NCBI GenBank assembly: GCA_010909165.1
Contig: MU008183.1
Coordinates: 558,001-622,000 of the forward strand
Source of the DNA: Anthoceros angustus
Taxonomy: Eukaryota; Plantae; Anthocerotophyta
Length of the DNA stretch: 64,000 bases
Direction of reading: 5' to 3'
Below are positions 50,455 through 63,329 of this stretch, in pieces (the stretch's first letter is position 1; every line of letters starts with the position of its first letter). A program made the position numbers and the translations under genes. The notes beneath the pieces were generated by a model. The model worked only from the letters and a program-made list of their open reading frames with translations. It did not search any database and had not been told where the DNA came from.

Positions 50455-53400
50455 ATGGACAGTCGTTCGCTGCTGGTCCGTGACGGCAGTGACAGCATTA
50501 ATAGCGAAGTGGAGGATCGACCAAGGTGGAGGAACACCTTAAGCGCAATCAAACGTGCAAATGTGTTCCAGAGTAGGTCGGATGCGGTAACACAGGGAGA
50601 CAAATATGAGAAGGCAGCTGCTATGGTGGATTTGGTCCGTTTCACTTCTGAGTCCATTCTGAATCTCTTCGCAAGAATCATTTTTGTCCTATGGAAAGCA
50701 CTAAGTCTGTGACCGCTAATGTCCGTCTCGCCTACAGGCGGAAGATGGAGTTGGCATTCCAACAGAAGTTCTTGAGCAGTCGGACTTTGACACAGCTGCG
50801 AAGCGCTACTTTCTGTACACGAAATTAATTTTTCTATGGAATTTAAACTTGTTTGCACTTGTCGCCCTTAACTTTTTCGAGGTAATATGAAGCTTCTGAG
50901 AGTAGGTGGTGGAGTTATTTTCCATGTCCTCCGTGCAATGAATCTTATCCTTGGGACATGATGGCAGGTGCCCTTGTGGTGTAAGGGAGCCTCGCCCAAT
51001 CCATGTGGCAGTAAGAAGCAGTTTTTTCTGGGTGATCTCCCCTACCTGTCGAGAGAAGGGTCTATTATTTATGAGGTCTGTTAAATGTCTCACTGGCCGG
51101 CATTCTACTGTTCATAGTGTGTGCAGTTTGTTGACACAGTGCTGTGATGAGCTTGCAAATCTTACCAGTTCTATACGAAGCTAGTGGTTTAACTGACTCT
51201 TGGCTGCTACTCTGGGATGATTAGGGGGTGGTGCTCTTCGTTCTCGCTATCTACACTTTTGCACCTATTTCTTATACGGGGAACAAACTGTTCTGGCGTA
51301 ACCGTATTGATGTTGCGAAGGTATGATTAGTCTTCACTGAGTCCGTTGGATTCAGTAAACACTGATGTACTTCTTCAATGTCTCCCTGGCCCCTAGCACC
51401 TAGGCTGGCCTTCTAATCTTCTGTTCTCTTGTTCTCTTCCAAGCAGGCTGTGTTCTTTGTGCTTCTGTTGCTTGATACGGTTGTCAACATCCTGTATGTA
51501 TCGCCTTCTGGTGCAATCAACACCTTACCTTTCCGGCTGGCACCATACCTTCGGGTGATCATCTTTGGCCTCAACATCAGGTAAATGAGCAATCATAAAG
51601 TTGTCTACACCCAAAAGTTGTTGGACGAACCTCTTCATTATAAAAATTATTTGCATGCAGGAGTTTGATGTTCTATTTGTCTTTTCTTTTCCCCATACAT
51701 TGCCGGTAGATCGCCTCGGCTGTCAGTAATACAATGTGTCTGTGCAGGGAGCTGAGAGAGTGTTCCCGCACCTTACTCGGCATCATTCCATCCTTCTTGG
51801 ACACTTTTGTAGGAACTCATCTCGATCTTTTTCTAATATCTTGAGGTCTGTGTGATCTAGCAAATGTGTGACTCGTTAAGCTCCCTTGGTTCTGGAAATC
51901 TGGGACTCGATTTTTATTCTCAGTCTGACCTGTAGGCCATCTATGCCTGACCAAACTTAACATCTACGGTGGTAGCTATTTGTCACCTATCAGTTGAGTG
52001 AATGGGACATCAGATTATCCTTTTTGTTTTAAGCTGATTGCTTTTTTCCATGCTGTTTGCAGGCTCTCTTGCTCATTTATGTATTCTTCTCAAGCTGGGT
52101 GGCATATGTTCTGTTTGAAGACACAAGTCAAGGCAGGATATATTTCACAACATACTGGACGACCCTTTACCAGATGTTTATCCTGTTCACGACAGCAAAC
52201 AATCCTGATGTTTGGCTACCGGCATACAAGTATGCCACTGCGGCCCGTATATCTTGGGAACCGCAGTTTGTTTGAAACCTGCAGGGATCAGATTCTGTGT
52301 GCAAGTTGTCATGGTTTTGTCCTGACTTTTTTGACCCGTTGTGATATGTCTTCATGCTCTTGGCAGGGCATCTCGATTTTCAAGCGTTTTCTTCATCCTG
52401 TACATACTCTTTGGGGTCTATTTCATCTTCAACTTGATTCTGGCTGTTGTGTACAAAGGTTTCAAAGAACAGGTACTATCCTCTCACCAAGCAGTTCTTG
52501 TTGTGAGGGGCTGTGGTCACGGTGTAGTGTTTGTTATATCACGTTCGTCTTGGCAGCAAGGTCATCCTGGGCTCTCTAGGTCACGAGAACAGTGTAATTA
52601 TCTATTTGAGAATCTATCACCGTTTTCTCCTTGAGATTATGTATTCACTGTTGTTGTGTCTTTGTGCGTCTTGCAGTTTGCTCGACAGTTGATGGAAGCA
52701 GAACAGAAGAGGGTAGAAATACTGGACAAGGCTTTTGGCATTCTTGATTCACAGGTGATTTGGGTCATATTTAGGCTTCCCATGTTGTGATGTAATCAAT
52801 TATATCTGTCAAGATTTCAAGGTGGAGTCATCGGCAGTGGCACTTTTCACAGACCTAATATTCCTTACCGAGACAAAGTCATTAGAAACGGAAGTCTGAC
52901 ATGTGCATTTGCGCAGAAAAAAGGTTATCTAGATATTGGGCAGTGTGCACACTTGTTTAAGCAACTGAATACGTACAGGTACTGCAGGAATACATGTTTC
53001 ATGAGCATATCTTCTGCTATCCCAGGCTAACAGTCTTATTGCAGGACACTGCCAAAGGTTGCAGAAGAAGATATGGAGAAAGTGTTCTATGCATTGGACG
53101 ACAGTGGTGACTTTAAGGTCCGTGCTCACTCGTTATCTGGTGAATTTGGTGAAGCTGAGCCCTCACAAATTTTGCAAGACTCTAGATGGAACCTTGCAAT
53201 TTTCAGCTGTACAGGAGTTGAGTGTAAGCAGATACGTGGCTTTGCTCATTTGCAATTTGTATGTACATGGCACAGATCAACAGAGAAGAATTTGCAGATC
53301 TGTGCTCAGCCCTCACACTTCAATTTGAGAAAGCACCTGTGGTAAGAGGTTCAAGCTTTCTCACGGCTGAGTATCAGTTGATCTGGAATCGTGGGTTCAG

Positions 53401-55551
53401 ATTTTTTTAATCAGCGCAAATCTGTGATGTCGTGAGCGTTGATACAGATTCTAACCTTCTGAATTTATGTGCTGAAGCCATCTTGGTTGGAATCCTTCCC
53501 CACTATTTACACCTCAGGGGCATGGTGCCGGGTGAGGGACTTTGTGCACAGCAAGACATTCGAGTGGATCATCGAAGGATTTTTGGTTCTCAACTTGGTG
53601 ACAGTTGTCATCGAATCCTACGTAAGGCCGCTTGCTCTTTTCTGAACGGTCTGTGATCTGAAGTCTAAATTTGGTCGCCGAGAAGCAGTCTCTGAGAGGT
53701 CAAAACTGGGTTTGCAGCTCGATGTGATCAATGATAATGCAAGCCAGAAATTTTGGCAGAGAATCGAGTTTGCTCTTGGTCTGATCTCATTTACCCCTCC
53801 TCTGAGTTTCTTGGCGCCACTTTTTTAAAACTTTCGTGCACTACGAAAGTAAAACTCTCTGACTACTTGCGTGGCTGAAAATTTGTGCAGGCTGGGTTTA
53901 TGTTGTTGAAATGGCGCTCAAGATCTCAGTCTACGGTTTTACCAATTACTGGCGTGATTATCAAAATCGTTTTGATTTTTTGATAACCTGGATTGTGGGT
54001 AAGTTTTTGGTCCTGTTTCTGCTGCTCGAACGTGCTTGTTGGATCCTTTCTTTTCGTTAATCATTCTCTGATGCAGCCGGAATTTGTGATATGCCGATCT
54101 GACTGGTATTCTCCTGATGTTGAATGCAGTTATAGCGGAAACATTGAACCTATTTGATCTACCAGTCTTCTCCAACTCGGAATGGTAGGTGGTTGAGACC
54201 ATGGAACTCAAGCACATGGAGCTAAACTTTGTGCCATACTGGTATCGAACTCGCTTGTCTACGTGCAGGATTCGATATCTGCTCATAGCCCGGCTGTTGC
54301 GACTTACAAGACTTTTGATGCTGGCTGAGCGGTATAGAGTGGTTGTGGGGACGTTCTTGAAGTTGATCCCAAGCTTATCGCCCTACCTGGGGGTGATCTT
54401 CTGTCTTATGTGCATTTATTGCTCCCTTGGTATTCAAGTACGTGAAGCTCTTAACTCATTGACTGGAAGTGATGAAGCAAAAGGTGTTGTATATGGAAGA
54501 TGTCTGAGGGTCGTGTTCTCAAGGTCGGAAAGTACCTGGTTTCTGATTGCAGCTTTTTGGAGGGTTGGTGTATTCTGGCAACCTCGAACTAGAGGAGACC
54601 TCGATGTGGGAGAATGGGTATGCTTTGGTCATTTTTTAAGGACGCATAGGAACTTGCGACAAACTCGAACTTGGGTGTTTTTTCAGTTGGGTCGTGCCTT
54701 GAATCAGCACCTAGGTCGCAGTAAGCTACTTGGTAGACTCTCAATGTCCTCAACAAATCGCAGGTACCGAGAGACAAACTTCAATGACTTCGCCTCTGGC
54801 ATGGTGACACTCTTTGACTTGATGATACTGGGCAACTGGCAAGTTTGGATGGAGGTTAGGTTTTTGTCGGCAGACTGGCTGCATTCTTCAATTATCCATG
54901 TTGTTGGCTCGTTTTCCGCTAATACTCTACGTCATGCTACCGTGCAGAGCTACGCATACCTTACGCACTGGACTGCAACGTTCTACTTCTTAAGCTACTA
55001 CGTGATTGCTGTCCTGTTTCTACTGAATCTGGTAAAACTCAAAAGAGTTGTAACTCATGAGATGCTGAGAGTTCGAGTGACCAGGTGTCCATAGTCTGGT
55101 TAAGAGTTACGTGGGCCTTGTGGATTCTTGCGTTGCGTGCAGGTGGTCGGCTTCGTCTTGGAGGCATACTTTGCTGAGCGTGACTCTTTGACCGAAGAAG
55201 AATCTGAGGACGATGCAGGCGTCACAAGCAAGACGGTCAGTACCACGGAATGAACTGAAATAACGGGCTGTTAATTTTGGACTTATTTGGTGGTCATTTT
55301 ATTAACTCGAGCCTGTCCGCGTCTGCAGAGCGAGGCGCGACGAAGAGCTCGAAGGTTCGGATGTTTTTTTTCATTCATTTACGTCGCCTCCCGAAATGAA
55401 GTTTTGTAAATTTTGAGGAACCAGCATGAGCTCTACACTAACTGGACACTCTGCTGTTCTCAGGGCGAAAAGTGGAAGCGTACAAGCTCTTCTAAATCGC
55501 ATGATGAGCGAGGAGTTGAAGAGCCTTCAGGAGAGCCGAGGCGGAGTGTAA
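50455..55551 (+). CDS. TPC1: Two-pore calcium channel 1, multi-exon
   Basis: [19 protein letters not shown]|AEDGVGIP; PLWC...LGDLPYL; FRLAPYLRV; [22 protein letters not shown] (filter I); [26 protein letters not shown] (filter II); C-terminus [16 protein letters not shown]...GV*. Confidence 0.95.
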
Positions 55552-55875
55552 TGGCTATGTCAATACACATCTGCTGATAGACGGGACGTCGTCCATGTTG
55601 TCTCGTCATGGGTAGATGGGTTTCCCACCTCTTTTTCATAATAAAGTCTCCTTTTTCATAATAAAGTCTCCTGTCCTTTGTCTCGTCATGGCACTGTCTC
55701 GTCCATGTTGTTGTCTCGTCATATGTATGTATGACGTGTGCATGTACCTTGAGTCAAACCAAAGGCTGATGGAGATCTGAAAGGTATCTTTTTGAAAATC
55801 TGAACTTGTGTTTTCTACTGTGCCTGAACGAAGAAAGTTGCTTTTCAGGAGTTGGTTCCCGAGAACTTGCGTCCA

Positions 55876-57883
55876 TTACGAGTGTTTAACACATGGGCGG
55901 AAAGACTCTGACGAAGCCGTGTTCCGGTACATCATCTCTCTGCTGCGTCTCGTTCCCACGCACAGAAGTTTTTGCCTGCACAACTCTTCAGCTTCTGGTG
56001 GCACGGAGGGCACGTATGTGAGTAGCGTAGAATACTCCTGTAGCAGATGTAACACGTAATCGTACACGTTGTCGAGGCCCAGCTCCTCGACCATGAACCT
56101 CTGACCCCCCTTCCCGATGGCCTTCGCCTACCACCAGTGTAATACCAATGAGAAACAGAAAACGCTAAAATCGCTGCCGCAACACAAGAATGGTTAGAAG
56201 CACGAAGAAGAAGCCAGGTTCCGAATTCTAACCTCAAAAGGGTTTCGATTCCCCCACTCCACCTGGGAGTCGATGGAGGAACAGAGCTGAGAAGGATCAA
56301 CAGGCAGGAAGTGCTTCTTGGGCACTAAGCTGCGGGTGAAGAATTCGTAGTACTCCGACCCGATTGCCAGCACTGGCGCACCACACGACATGATGTACTT
56401 GTAGCTCACGGACCAGGCGTTCCCAGGAGCATAGATATTGAATCTGCACTTGCACACGGCAAATTACATGTCACTCGTTGCCATGAAGGCTTCAGGGTCC
56501 GGGTGATGGAACGATTTGGAAATCGAGGACTAGGTGACGACACCGAATTGAAACCTGTGGTTGCAATGTTTGGCTAAATCCGACGACGCATAACCATTGT
56601 TCACCTCTTTCCCCCAGTCCTGCACACCACCCCAACCCGCTAAGCTGCAGCAACATGCGGCCGACTCCGGTGCACGAATCGGCAGACCCATCTCCCTCAC
56701 CCTCACCCTCACCCTCACCTGCAAATAAACGTGAGCCTTGGAGTCGGCGTTCATAGAAGCGTTGCAGAGCAGCAACCTCATCCGGATTTCAGCCACGTAC
56801 GGGTTCCCCTTCCAGAACGCGAAACTGGGCAAATCCTCCCACGCCACCCTGCCGGCCTCACCCACAATGTCCGGCGCCTCGGATTCCCAAGGCGCGATAT
56901 TCGTCTCCGGCCTGCACCCACCCACTTCTCCCAGCTCACACACACCTCGAGTCACATTCAAGCAAAACTGAAAGCCACCGGGCCGGGAGGAGCGCGGGTC
57001 TAGACTGTGCTTGCCATCCCCAAAAGGACCAGTCCGGGAACGGGATGTCCCAGTGCGCATCGGTGCTGCAGTAGCTGAACAAGGGCGGAGGCGGCGTCCC
57101 GTCCTCGAACCGCTCCTTCCTCACGTTCGGAATGTCCCAGCAGTGGAACATGAGATCCACATCCGGCACCTCCCCGGGATACCTCTCCAGCAGCAGCAGC
57201 AGCCCCCAGAGCGTGAACATCCCCCGCGTCTGGTAGCACCTGGCGTAGTAGTCCGCGTACAGTCTCCCCCGGGATATCACCACCCGGAACGCGGCCATGT
57301 CGGCAGCGCCCAACAAATCCTGCTCCGAGATCCCCCGCTCCCTCCACGGCGCCAGGTCCTGCTGGATCCATCGGAAGTAGGAAGGGCAGGTCCTGGTTTG
57401 GCTGGAGCTGGGGCTGGAATTCCCGTGATCACGCCCTCCGGTCGTGAAATCCCGCGCACCGCAGAGCCTCCGGGTGTAGCATCCCACCAGATTCCGCACC
57501 GTCCCCCACACCAGCCTCCGCTGGCTGTAGTCGGGCACGGTCTGGCCCACGTGCCACAGCGCGGGCGGCACCCGCCGCTCCCCGTCCCGTCCCCGCCCCC
57601 AATTCCGCCCCGCAACCTCCTGCCGACCTGCGAAAACCCGCTCCGGGACCCGTCGTCACTTTCACATTCACACCACGCAATCCCGTCATGACGAACGCAC
57701 TTCAATTCCTCACGACCCGACTCCCTGCCCCCGTCACCCACTCCAATCCATCATCACGCCATCTCCTACCTGGAAGGCCACGACGAGGAGGAACCCCACG
57801 CACACCAGCAGGAGCAGGCTCTTGCGGACGGAGAGGCTGAGGCAAGCGTGACGGCAGGAATACCCGCTTCTCCGGATCCTCAT
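55876..57883 (-). CDS. Glycosyltransferase family 90 (CAP10/DUF821, O-glucosyltransferase rumi-like), multi-exon
   Basis: N-terminal membrane anchor; TCPSYFRWIQQDLAPWRERGI; CYQTRGMFTLWGLLLLLERYPGEVPDVDLMF; DIPFPDWSFWGW|PETNIAPW; AFWKGNP; IYAPGNAWSVSYKYIMSC; VYDYVLHLLQEYSTL. Confidence 0.92.
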
Positions 57884-58950
57884 GCTGCGATTTCGATTGG
57901 CTCCCGGACAGGGTCGGCCTTCACACCTCCAGCTCCCGCCCGGCTCCGGCTGCGGGCTGCGAGCTCGGCCCGGGCCCGGACCCGGCCATGGCCATCGATC
58001 CTGCTGCCGAGGCCGGCATCCGCACAGCTGGAATCGAGTCCATCTCGGTGCTCCTCGACGGAGTCCGTGTCGGGGGGATCGCACAAGGGGACGTTCAATT
58101 CACTGGAGTAGGAGTCGCAATCGAGTCGCGAATCAGTCATCGCGAATCACGAATCACGAATCAGAAATCAGAAATCAGGTACAGGCAACGGGACCTTGTC
58201 CTGGTCTCCCAAAAACTCTGGGTAGTTGAATGCGCTCTCAAAGCGCCAATGGGGCGGGGCCATCAGTCGTTGCTTGCCTCTATTTAAAAGCAGGCCAGCA
58301 AACGGCAAGGCGCCATGGTCACTGGTGACGGAAGCCTGTCTTTTGCGCCAGTCCGGCTTCGGCGCTTGGGTGCCTGGGCCTCACAAGCATCTTCTCACCT
58401 CGCTAATTAATAACTCTCTTCACTATTCCACTATTATATTCATATAAAATAATAAATATAAATCTATTATATATTTTATAATATATTTAATATAGTTTGT
58501 GATTAAATAAATACTCATACAATATGCTACAATATCATGGTCCTAAAAATTATTAAGTGTTGTTAACAATGTCTTCAATAGTCAACAATTATCTCCATCC
58601 ATGGTGTTCTTCTTTGTCAACCATGTCAAACCTAATCTTATATTGATATTAGTGAAAAAGTAATATGTACTTTAAAATATCATATAAATATACTTTTAAA
58701 CAGTGATAGAATGTGCATAGGTTTGAATGTTCTAATCTCGAGATACTTTTGATGCCTTTTGGATACTTATTCATTACCTTACCTACGAACAATAGTGTGT
58801 GTTAAAAGTTGGAAATGTAAGGTTTCATGTAGAACTTTTCATTCCAATATAGTGCATGTAAGTTCCAAACATTTACTGTCATTAAGATATTTTGAGAAGT
58901 CTATGATTCTTTCCTCATACATCTTCCTTTTCTTCTTAATTGGTTACATA

Positions 58951-59610
58951 ATGTCATCCATAAAGCAATTAGTTTTTGTAATATGTATTTTCATTCTGTG
59001 CGGTGGAAAGGTACTGGATGCTGAAGTCAATATTCTTACAGAGTCCAAACGCTCACCAATTTGTGATTATAAGAATGTAACTATGTCAGATATTCCTTCT
59101 GAACTACATGATATTATTGCAACTCAAGTGGACCGTTTGAACCAAGATGTAGCTCTCATATATCATCCTGCAGATTATAAGTGTGCCTTAAGTACTAACA
59201 TAGCTATTGAAGGAGATAAAAATTTATATATATATGAAGGTGAAGCTTTTTGTATGGGAAATTTTACAACTCTTCCCACAAATATGCATTGTTTGGAGTG
59301 CCTTCAATCCATGGCCATAGAACTTTTTGAAACATGTCCAAACGTGTTGGTGGGATTAAATACAAACTCAAATTGTTCAGTGGGATACAATGTCACAATC
59401 TTGCATCACCAACCTCCCTCAGATGATGCACCGGGGCCAGGACCTCAAGGACAACCCTATTTAGACCTTTCTCCACCTGCACCAGGACCTTTGAGCCCTT
59501 CTCCTGATGCATCAGAGACTTTGATCCCTTCTCCTGATGCACCACAACCTCAAGAACAACCTTTTTTAGACCCTTCTCTTTTTGCTCCCAAGCTTGTCCC
59601 GGGTCTTTAA
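58951..59610 (+). CDS. Secreted protein with a divergent Gnk2/DUF26-like Cys-rich domain and a Pro-rich tail
   Basis: Signal-like MSSIKQLVFVICIFILCGGKVLDA; AFC-x11-CLEC...LFETCPNVLVG...NSNCSVGY resembles the DUF26 C-x8-C-x2-C...C...C pattern with longer spacing; then PSDDAPGPGPQGQP repeats. Confidence 0.6.
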   Translation: MSSIKQLVFVICIFILCGGKVLDAEVNILTESKRSPICDYKNVTMSDIPSELHDIIATQVDRLNQDVALIYHPADYKCALSTNIAIEGDKNLYIYEGEAFCMGNFTTLPTNMHCLECLQSMAIELFETCPNVLVGLNTNSNCSVGYNVTILHHQPPSDDAPGPGPQGQPYLDLSPPAPGPLSPSPDASETLIPSPDAPQPQEQPFLDPSLFAPKLVPGL

Positions 59611-59860
59611 GCCCTTCTCTTTTTGCTCCCTAACTTCCACCTCGCCTTTCAGCCCTTCTCTTTTTTATTTCAAGCTTGCATCGGCCTTTAAGCTATTCTC
59701 GTTTTGCTCCCAACCTTGCACCGGGCCTTTAAGCCCTTCTCTTTTTGTTTCCAACTTACAGGGGACTTTAAGCCCTCTACTTTTGCTCCCCATCTTGCAC
59801 TAGGCCTTTAAGCCCTTCTTGTCTTGCTCCCAAACTTGCACTGGGCTTTTAAGCGCTTCT
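59571..59860. repeat. 39-41 bp minisatellite, 7 full copies plus a partial, spanning the stop codon of the Gnk2-like gene
   Basis: CCCTTCTCTTTTTGCTCCCAA.CTTGCACC.GGCCTTTAAG units start at 59571, 59612, 59653, 59693, 59734, 59773, 59813 and 59854. Confidence 0.9.
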
Positions 59861-60554
59861 TTGGAAGGCTTGAATAGGACTACAATTAACCCAGAAGACA
59901 AAGTTACTCAAATTGAATTTTTTCAATGTCTCCCTTAATATTTGAAAATAGTAGTTAGATCATGTTTCATGATGGTAAGGGTACCTTTTAGCCCCATTAG
60001 ATAGTTTCAATTGATGGTAATAATTTAAATAATAGAAATGCCAAAAATCTCTTGATGGATTCAAAACAAGTTCTATGGCAATTAGGTTTCTAACTGCCTC
60101 GTGTCATTCACTATGTTGTTTCCCAGTGTCTAGTCTACACATACAAAGCTGGACTCAAATTTGTGCATGACTTATGTTCTATAGTGCTTGAATTGGATAA
60201 TGAACAATGAAATTCTCCCCCGGGCTCATTTTGATTTATTTTTAAAATACCAAAATAAATAAATAAACAATGAAAGAAATAAAGAGTTCTGATCACCCAA
60301 GCATAGGTTTTGACAATCTAAAGCTTTAAGAAAAGGTTTTTGTAGCCCTTTGCAACTATGGAGACTTGCTGGCATTCCATCTGGGAATGTTCAAATGAGG
60401 TACGAGAGTGGATGCCTATTAGTCACATTTTCTTGAGTGATTGTGCTTGAGTGTAACAAGGACTCCCCTCAAACCATGTTTCAACTATAGGTATTGGTTA
60501 CTGATTAAGTATATTCTCTATCGAGGGGGGAGAGATGATGGCTTGGTGTCATAT

Positions 60555-60725
60555 CAATTTCTAAGCACTTGTTCAATTCTTAGTTGTTTCTTGATGGGTC
60601 CTAAGAACTATGTCTCCAATTTCTAAGTATTTTTTCAAATCTTAGTTGTTTCTTGATGGGTCCTAAGAACTATGTCTCCAATTTCTAAGTATTTGTTCAG
60701 TTCTTAGTTGTTTCTTGATGGGTCC
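60555..60725. repeat. 62-bp tandem repeat, about 2.8 copies
   Basis: CAATTTCTAAG...TCTTAGTTGTTTCTTGATGGGTCCT starts at 60555, 60617 and 60679. Confidence 0.9.
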
Positions 60726-61137
60726 TTGGACCGCACATTCATCATGCTATAAGATATAAGGGCATTTCTCCAACCTCGTCATATATTTAGCAAAACCTAT
60801 TTATTTATAAATTTATCAAAATAACCTAATTTATCTTTTTAAAAGCTAAGTTCCCATCATATCTACATTGTAACAATTTGTTTCCATCCGAATTTTCTAA
60901 TCCAATGTAACTCATTTAAAATTATATTAATCTTAAATTTTTATAAATATACTTCATATGCAATATGTCATCCATTCTACACTAAGATTTTGGATAGCAT
61001 GCTCCGTTCTTATATGAGCGATCTTCAAATCTTGGCTATGTAGAATGTCGAGTTCGATACAAGTTTTACAACTTAGATGTCCTTCGTGAGATCTCACAAA
61101 TTGGCAGCGCTCTTCCCAAGGCACATATTCACCACCG

Positions 61138-61873
61138 TGTCGCACGAGGTAAGCACTTGAATTCATATAAGCACTTCCTCGACCAACAACCAAGCAAACA
61201 AATCTAATACGCAGATATATAGGTGCAACTAATAAACAACAGGAGGGAGTAGCTCGCACGTCATGGCACAAACACACTCTCCCCACGAGAACAACACGCA
61301 AATTCCTCACACATCGCTCTCGGAGTCATAGCTTTGGCCTCCTCACAACACCCTTGCATTGCATATCTAGAGGACAAGCTATGATCTGAGCTTGTCCTCA
61401 ATGGAAGGGTCTATATATACTAGACCTTGGCATCGGCATATTCCTAAGATATCCTATTGGCATCAGCATATGCGGAAATATCCTAAGAATACACTATAAT
61501 ATGCAAGGAATATGCCAAAGCATATTACTTGAGCTTATCCACTTAGCTATTGTATAATACACTATAATATGCAAGGAATATGCCAAGCATATTACTTGAG
61601 CTTATCCACTTAGCTATTGCTAACCATGTTTAATTAACACTAATAAATGCTTAATTAACATAAGCACATTAGATTAATTAACACTAATTACTTACTTAAA
61701 GATAAGTGATTAGATTAATTAATGCTAATCAAACACTAAACCCAAGTGCAGAGATTAGTATCACCTGACGCGGACATCGAGGTAAGCACTTGAATTCATA
61801 TAAGCACTTCCTCGACCAACAACCAAGCAAACAAATCTAATACGCAGATATATAGGTGCAACCAATCCCCCAC
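61138..61873 (-). mobile_element. 3' LTR region of the gypsy-like element, with a duplicated terminal segment and a PPT-like G-tract
   Basis: On the minus strand the region ends ...CCTCGTGCGACA at 61138. Segment 61145-61233 is repeated at 61778-61866 (88/89 identical). A GGGGG tract sits at 61867-61871, and there is an internal about 67-bp tandem duplication at about 61492-61620. Confidence 0.75.
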
Positions 61874-62411
61874 GATAATGTGAGACTCTAAGTCAAAACA
61901 TTATCATTAGTAGAACTACGTCGCACCTCATGTAGCGCATTGTGCACAAAACCAATCTTCTTGGAATGTCGTCGGAGGTTATGAACCTTGTCCATGAGTG
62001 GAGGTTGTCTTGACATCCTCATGCGCTCATGTGGACTACTCTCCCCCCCAGCCGGTTGCTCGCCATTTTCTTCTTGCCTTACTGAGCCTGTGCCTCCTGC
62101 GGAACACTTGTTCATCCTTGATTAGTTCTATGTGGAACTTCCCTTTGGTGTACTTCCCCATCTCCATAGCGTGAAAGCAAACACATGTCGCGATGCCTCC
62201 AACAACTCCTTTAGCCGCCGTTGGATTGCTCTTCAACTCGATGCCTATTAACCACTCATGTAGTCGGATCGGATGGCTTGCACGCTTCCTCTGCTTACTC
62301 TCCTTGCCCTCAAACTCGCCTTCTCTTGTTGAGATCACAGTCTTTGGAATCCTTGCCCACCGAACCCGCCCGCTTCAACCCCGCCTTCTTGGTTTGAAGT
62401 TGGTAAGCGAC

Positions 62412-62945
62412 TCAGTCAACGGTCATCATGTTCATGTCAAATGCTTGCCCAAGCAATCGACACCGTTCCTTCTCGGTCACTCCTCGGATCATGCCAAAAT
62501 CCTCCTGGACTTGCTTCTTCACGCTCATGCATGCTGGCACATTCTCCAACATGTATCCGCAAGGCCTTTCTTGCCCTTTCTGGATCAAGCGCAAGATCCT
62601 CATCAGGTCATAGAACAATGGTGTTCGTGGATCCTTGAGACCTTGACCCTTGCACAGAGGATAGTCCTTGACACTCCCAACTGCGATGACAAGGTCCACC
62701 GGTTGCCCAAGACAACTCAAATGGGACAACCCTATCATGCGAACATCCATCGGCGCCTCGGTAACCCTTCACGGCTCCCGTCGGAGGTTGGGTACTCCCC
62801 ATCAAGTCTCTTCGCGCCACGGACACAATCCTTGCTTTTGGATCCGGGTCACAATGCACGTATCTTCGTCTTTGATGCCACACTTTATGCCTTCCAAGCG
62901 TGCGATGCCTCCAAAGAGTTCCACGAGCACTATGCCGTCTTCCGA
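62412..62945 (-). pseudogene. Retroelement-borne C5-cytosine DNA methyltransferase (frameshifted, centrally deleted)
   Basis: Joined across frameshifts: GIVLVELFGGI (motif I, about 62904-62939), RRYVHCDPDPKAR (motif II), VDLVIA-WECQGLS (motif IV, Cys kept, about 62666-62695), GQGLKDPRTPLFYDLMRIL (motif V), GYMLENVP (motif VI), GVTEKERCRLLGQAFD (motif X region). Confidence 0.85.
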
Positions 62946-63329
62946 GGTCGCCATGTGATGACACAGGTGTTTAGGTCACAAGCAGGCTCAACCCTAGGCA
63001 AGAACTTTGGTTCTCGGCTCATAGGACAGTCCTCTTGCACCATCCTCCACAGCTTTTGCACGGCTCATTGTTGGTCACCAGCTCCGTCCGGTGACTTGAA
63101 GAACCTCCTCCGAGGGTGGTTGCAACCTAGCTTGTCTTCCTCCTCCTCGCCGAAATCCTCCATCGTCACATGTTGTTAGACACACGCCAAGAGGTTCAAG
63201 CACGTATGGCGTGTCCTTCACCACGCGCCAAACACCGGGTAGACGTTGGCAATGAGGTTCTCATGATCCTTGCCATGCACGCAGAGGGATGCGGGCAATC
63301 CGCTCACTGCTTTTGCTCAGCTTCCAGGT

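Noticed and set aside
62193-63179. 328-aa plus-strand ORF
   Set aside because: It is antisense to the recognisable MTase and pol remnants and has no domain of its own.
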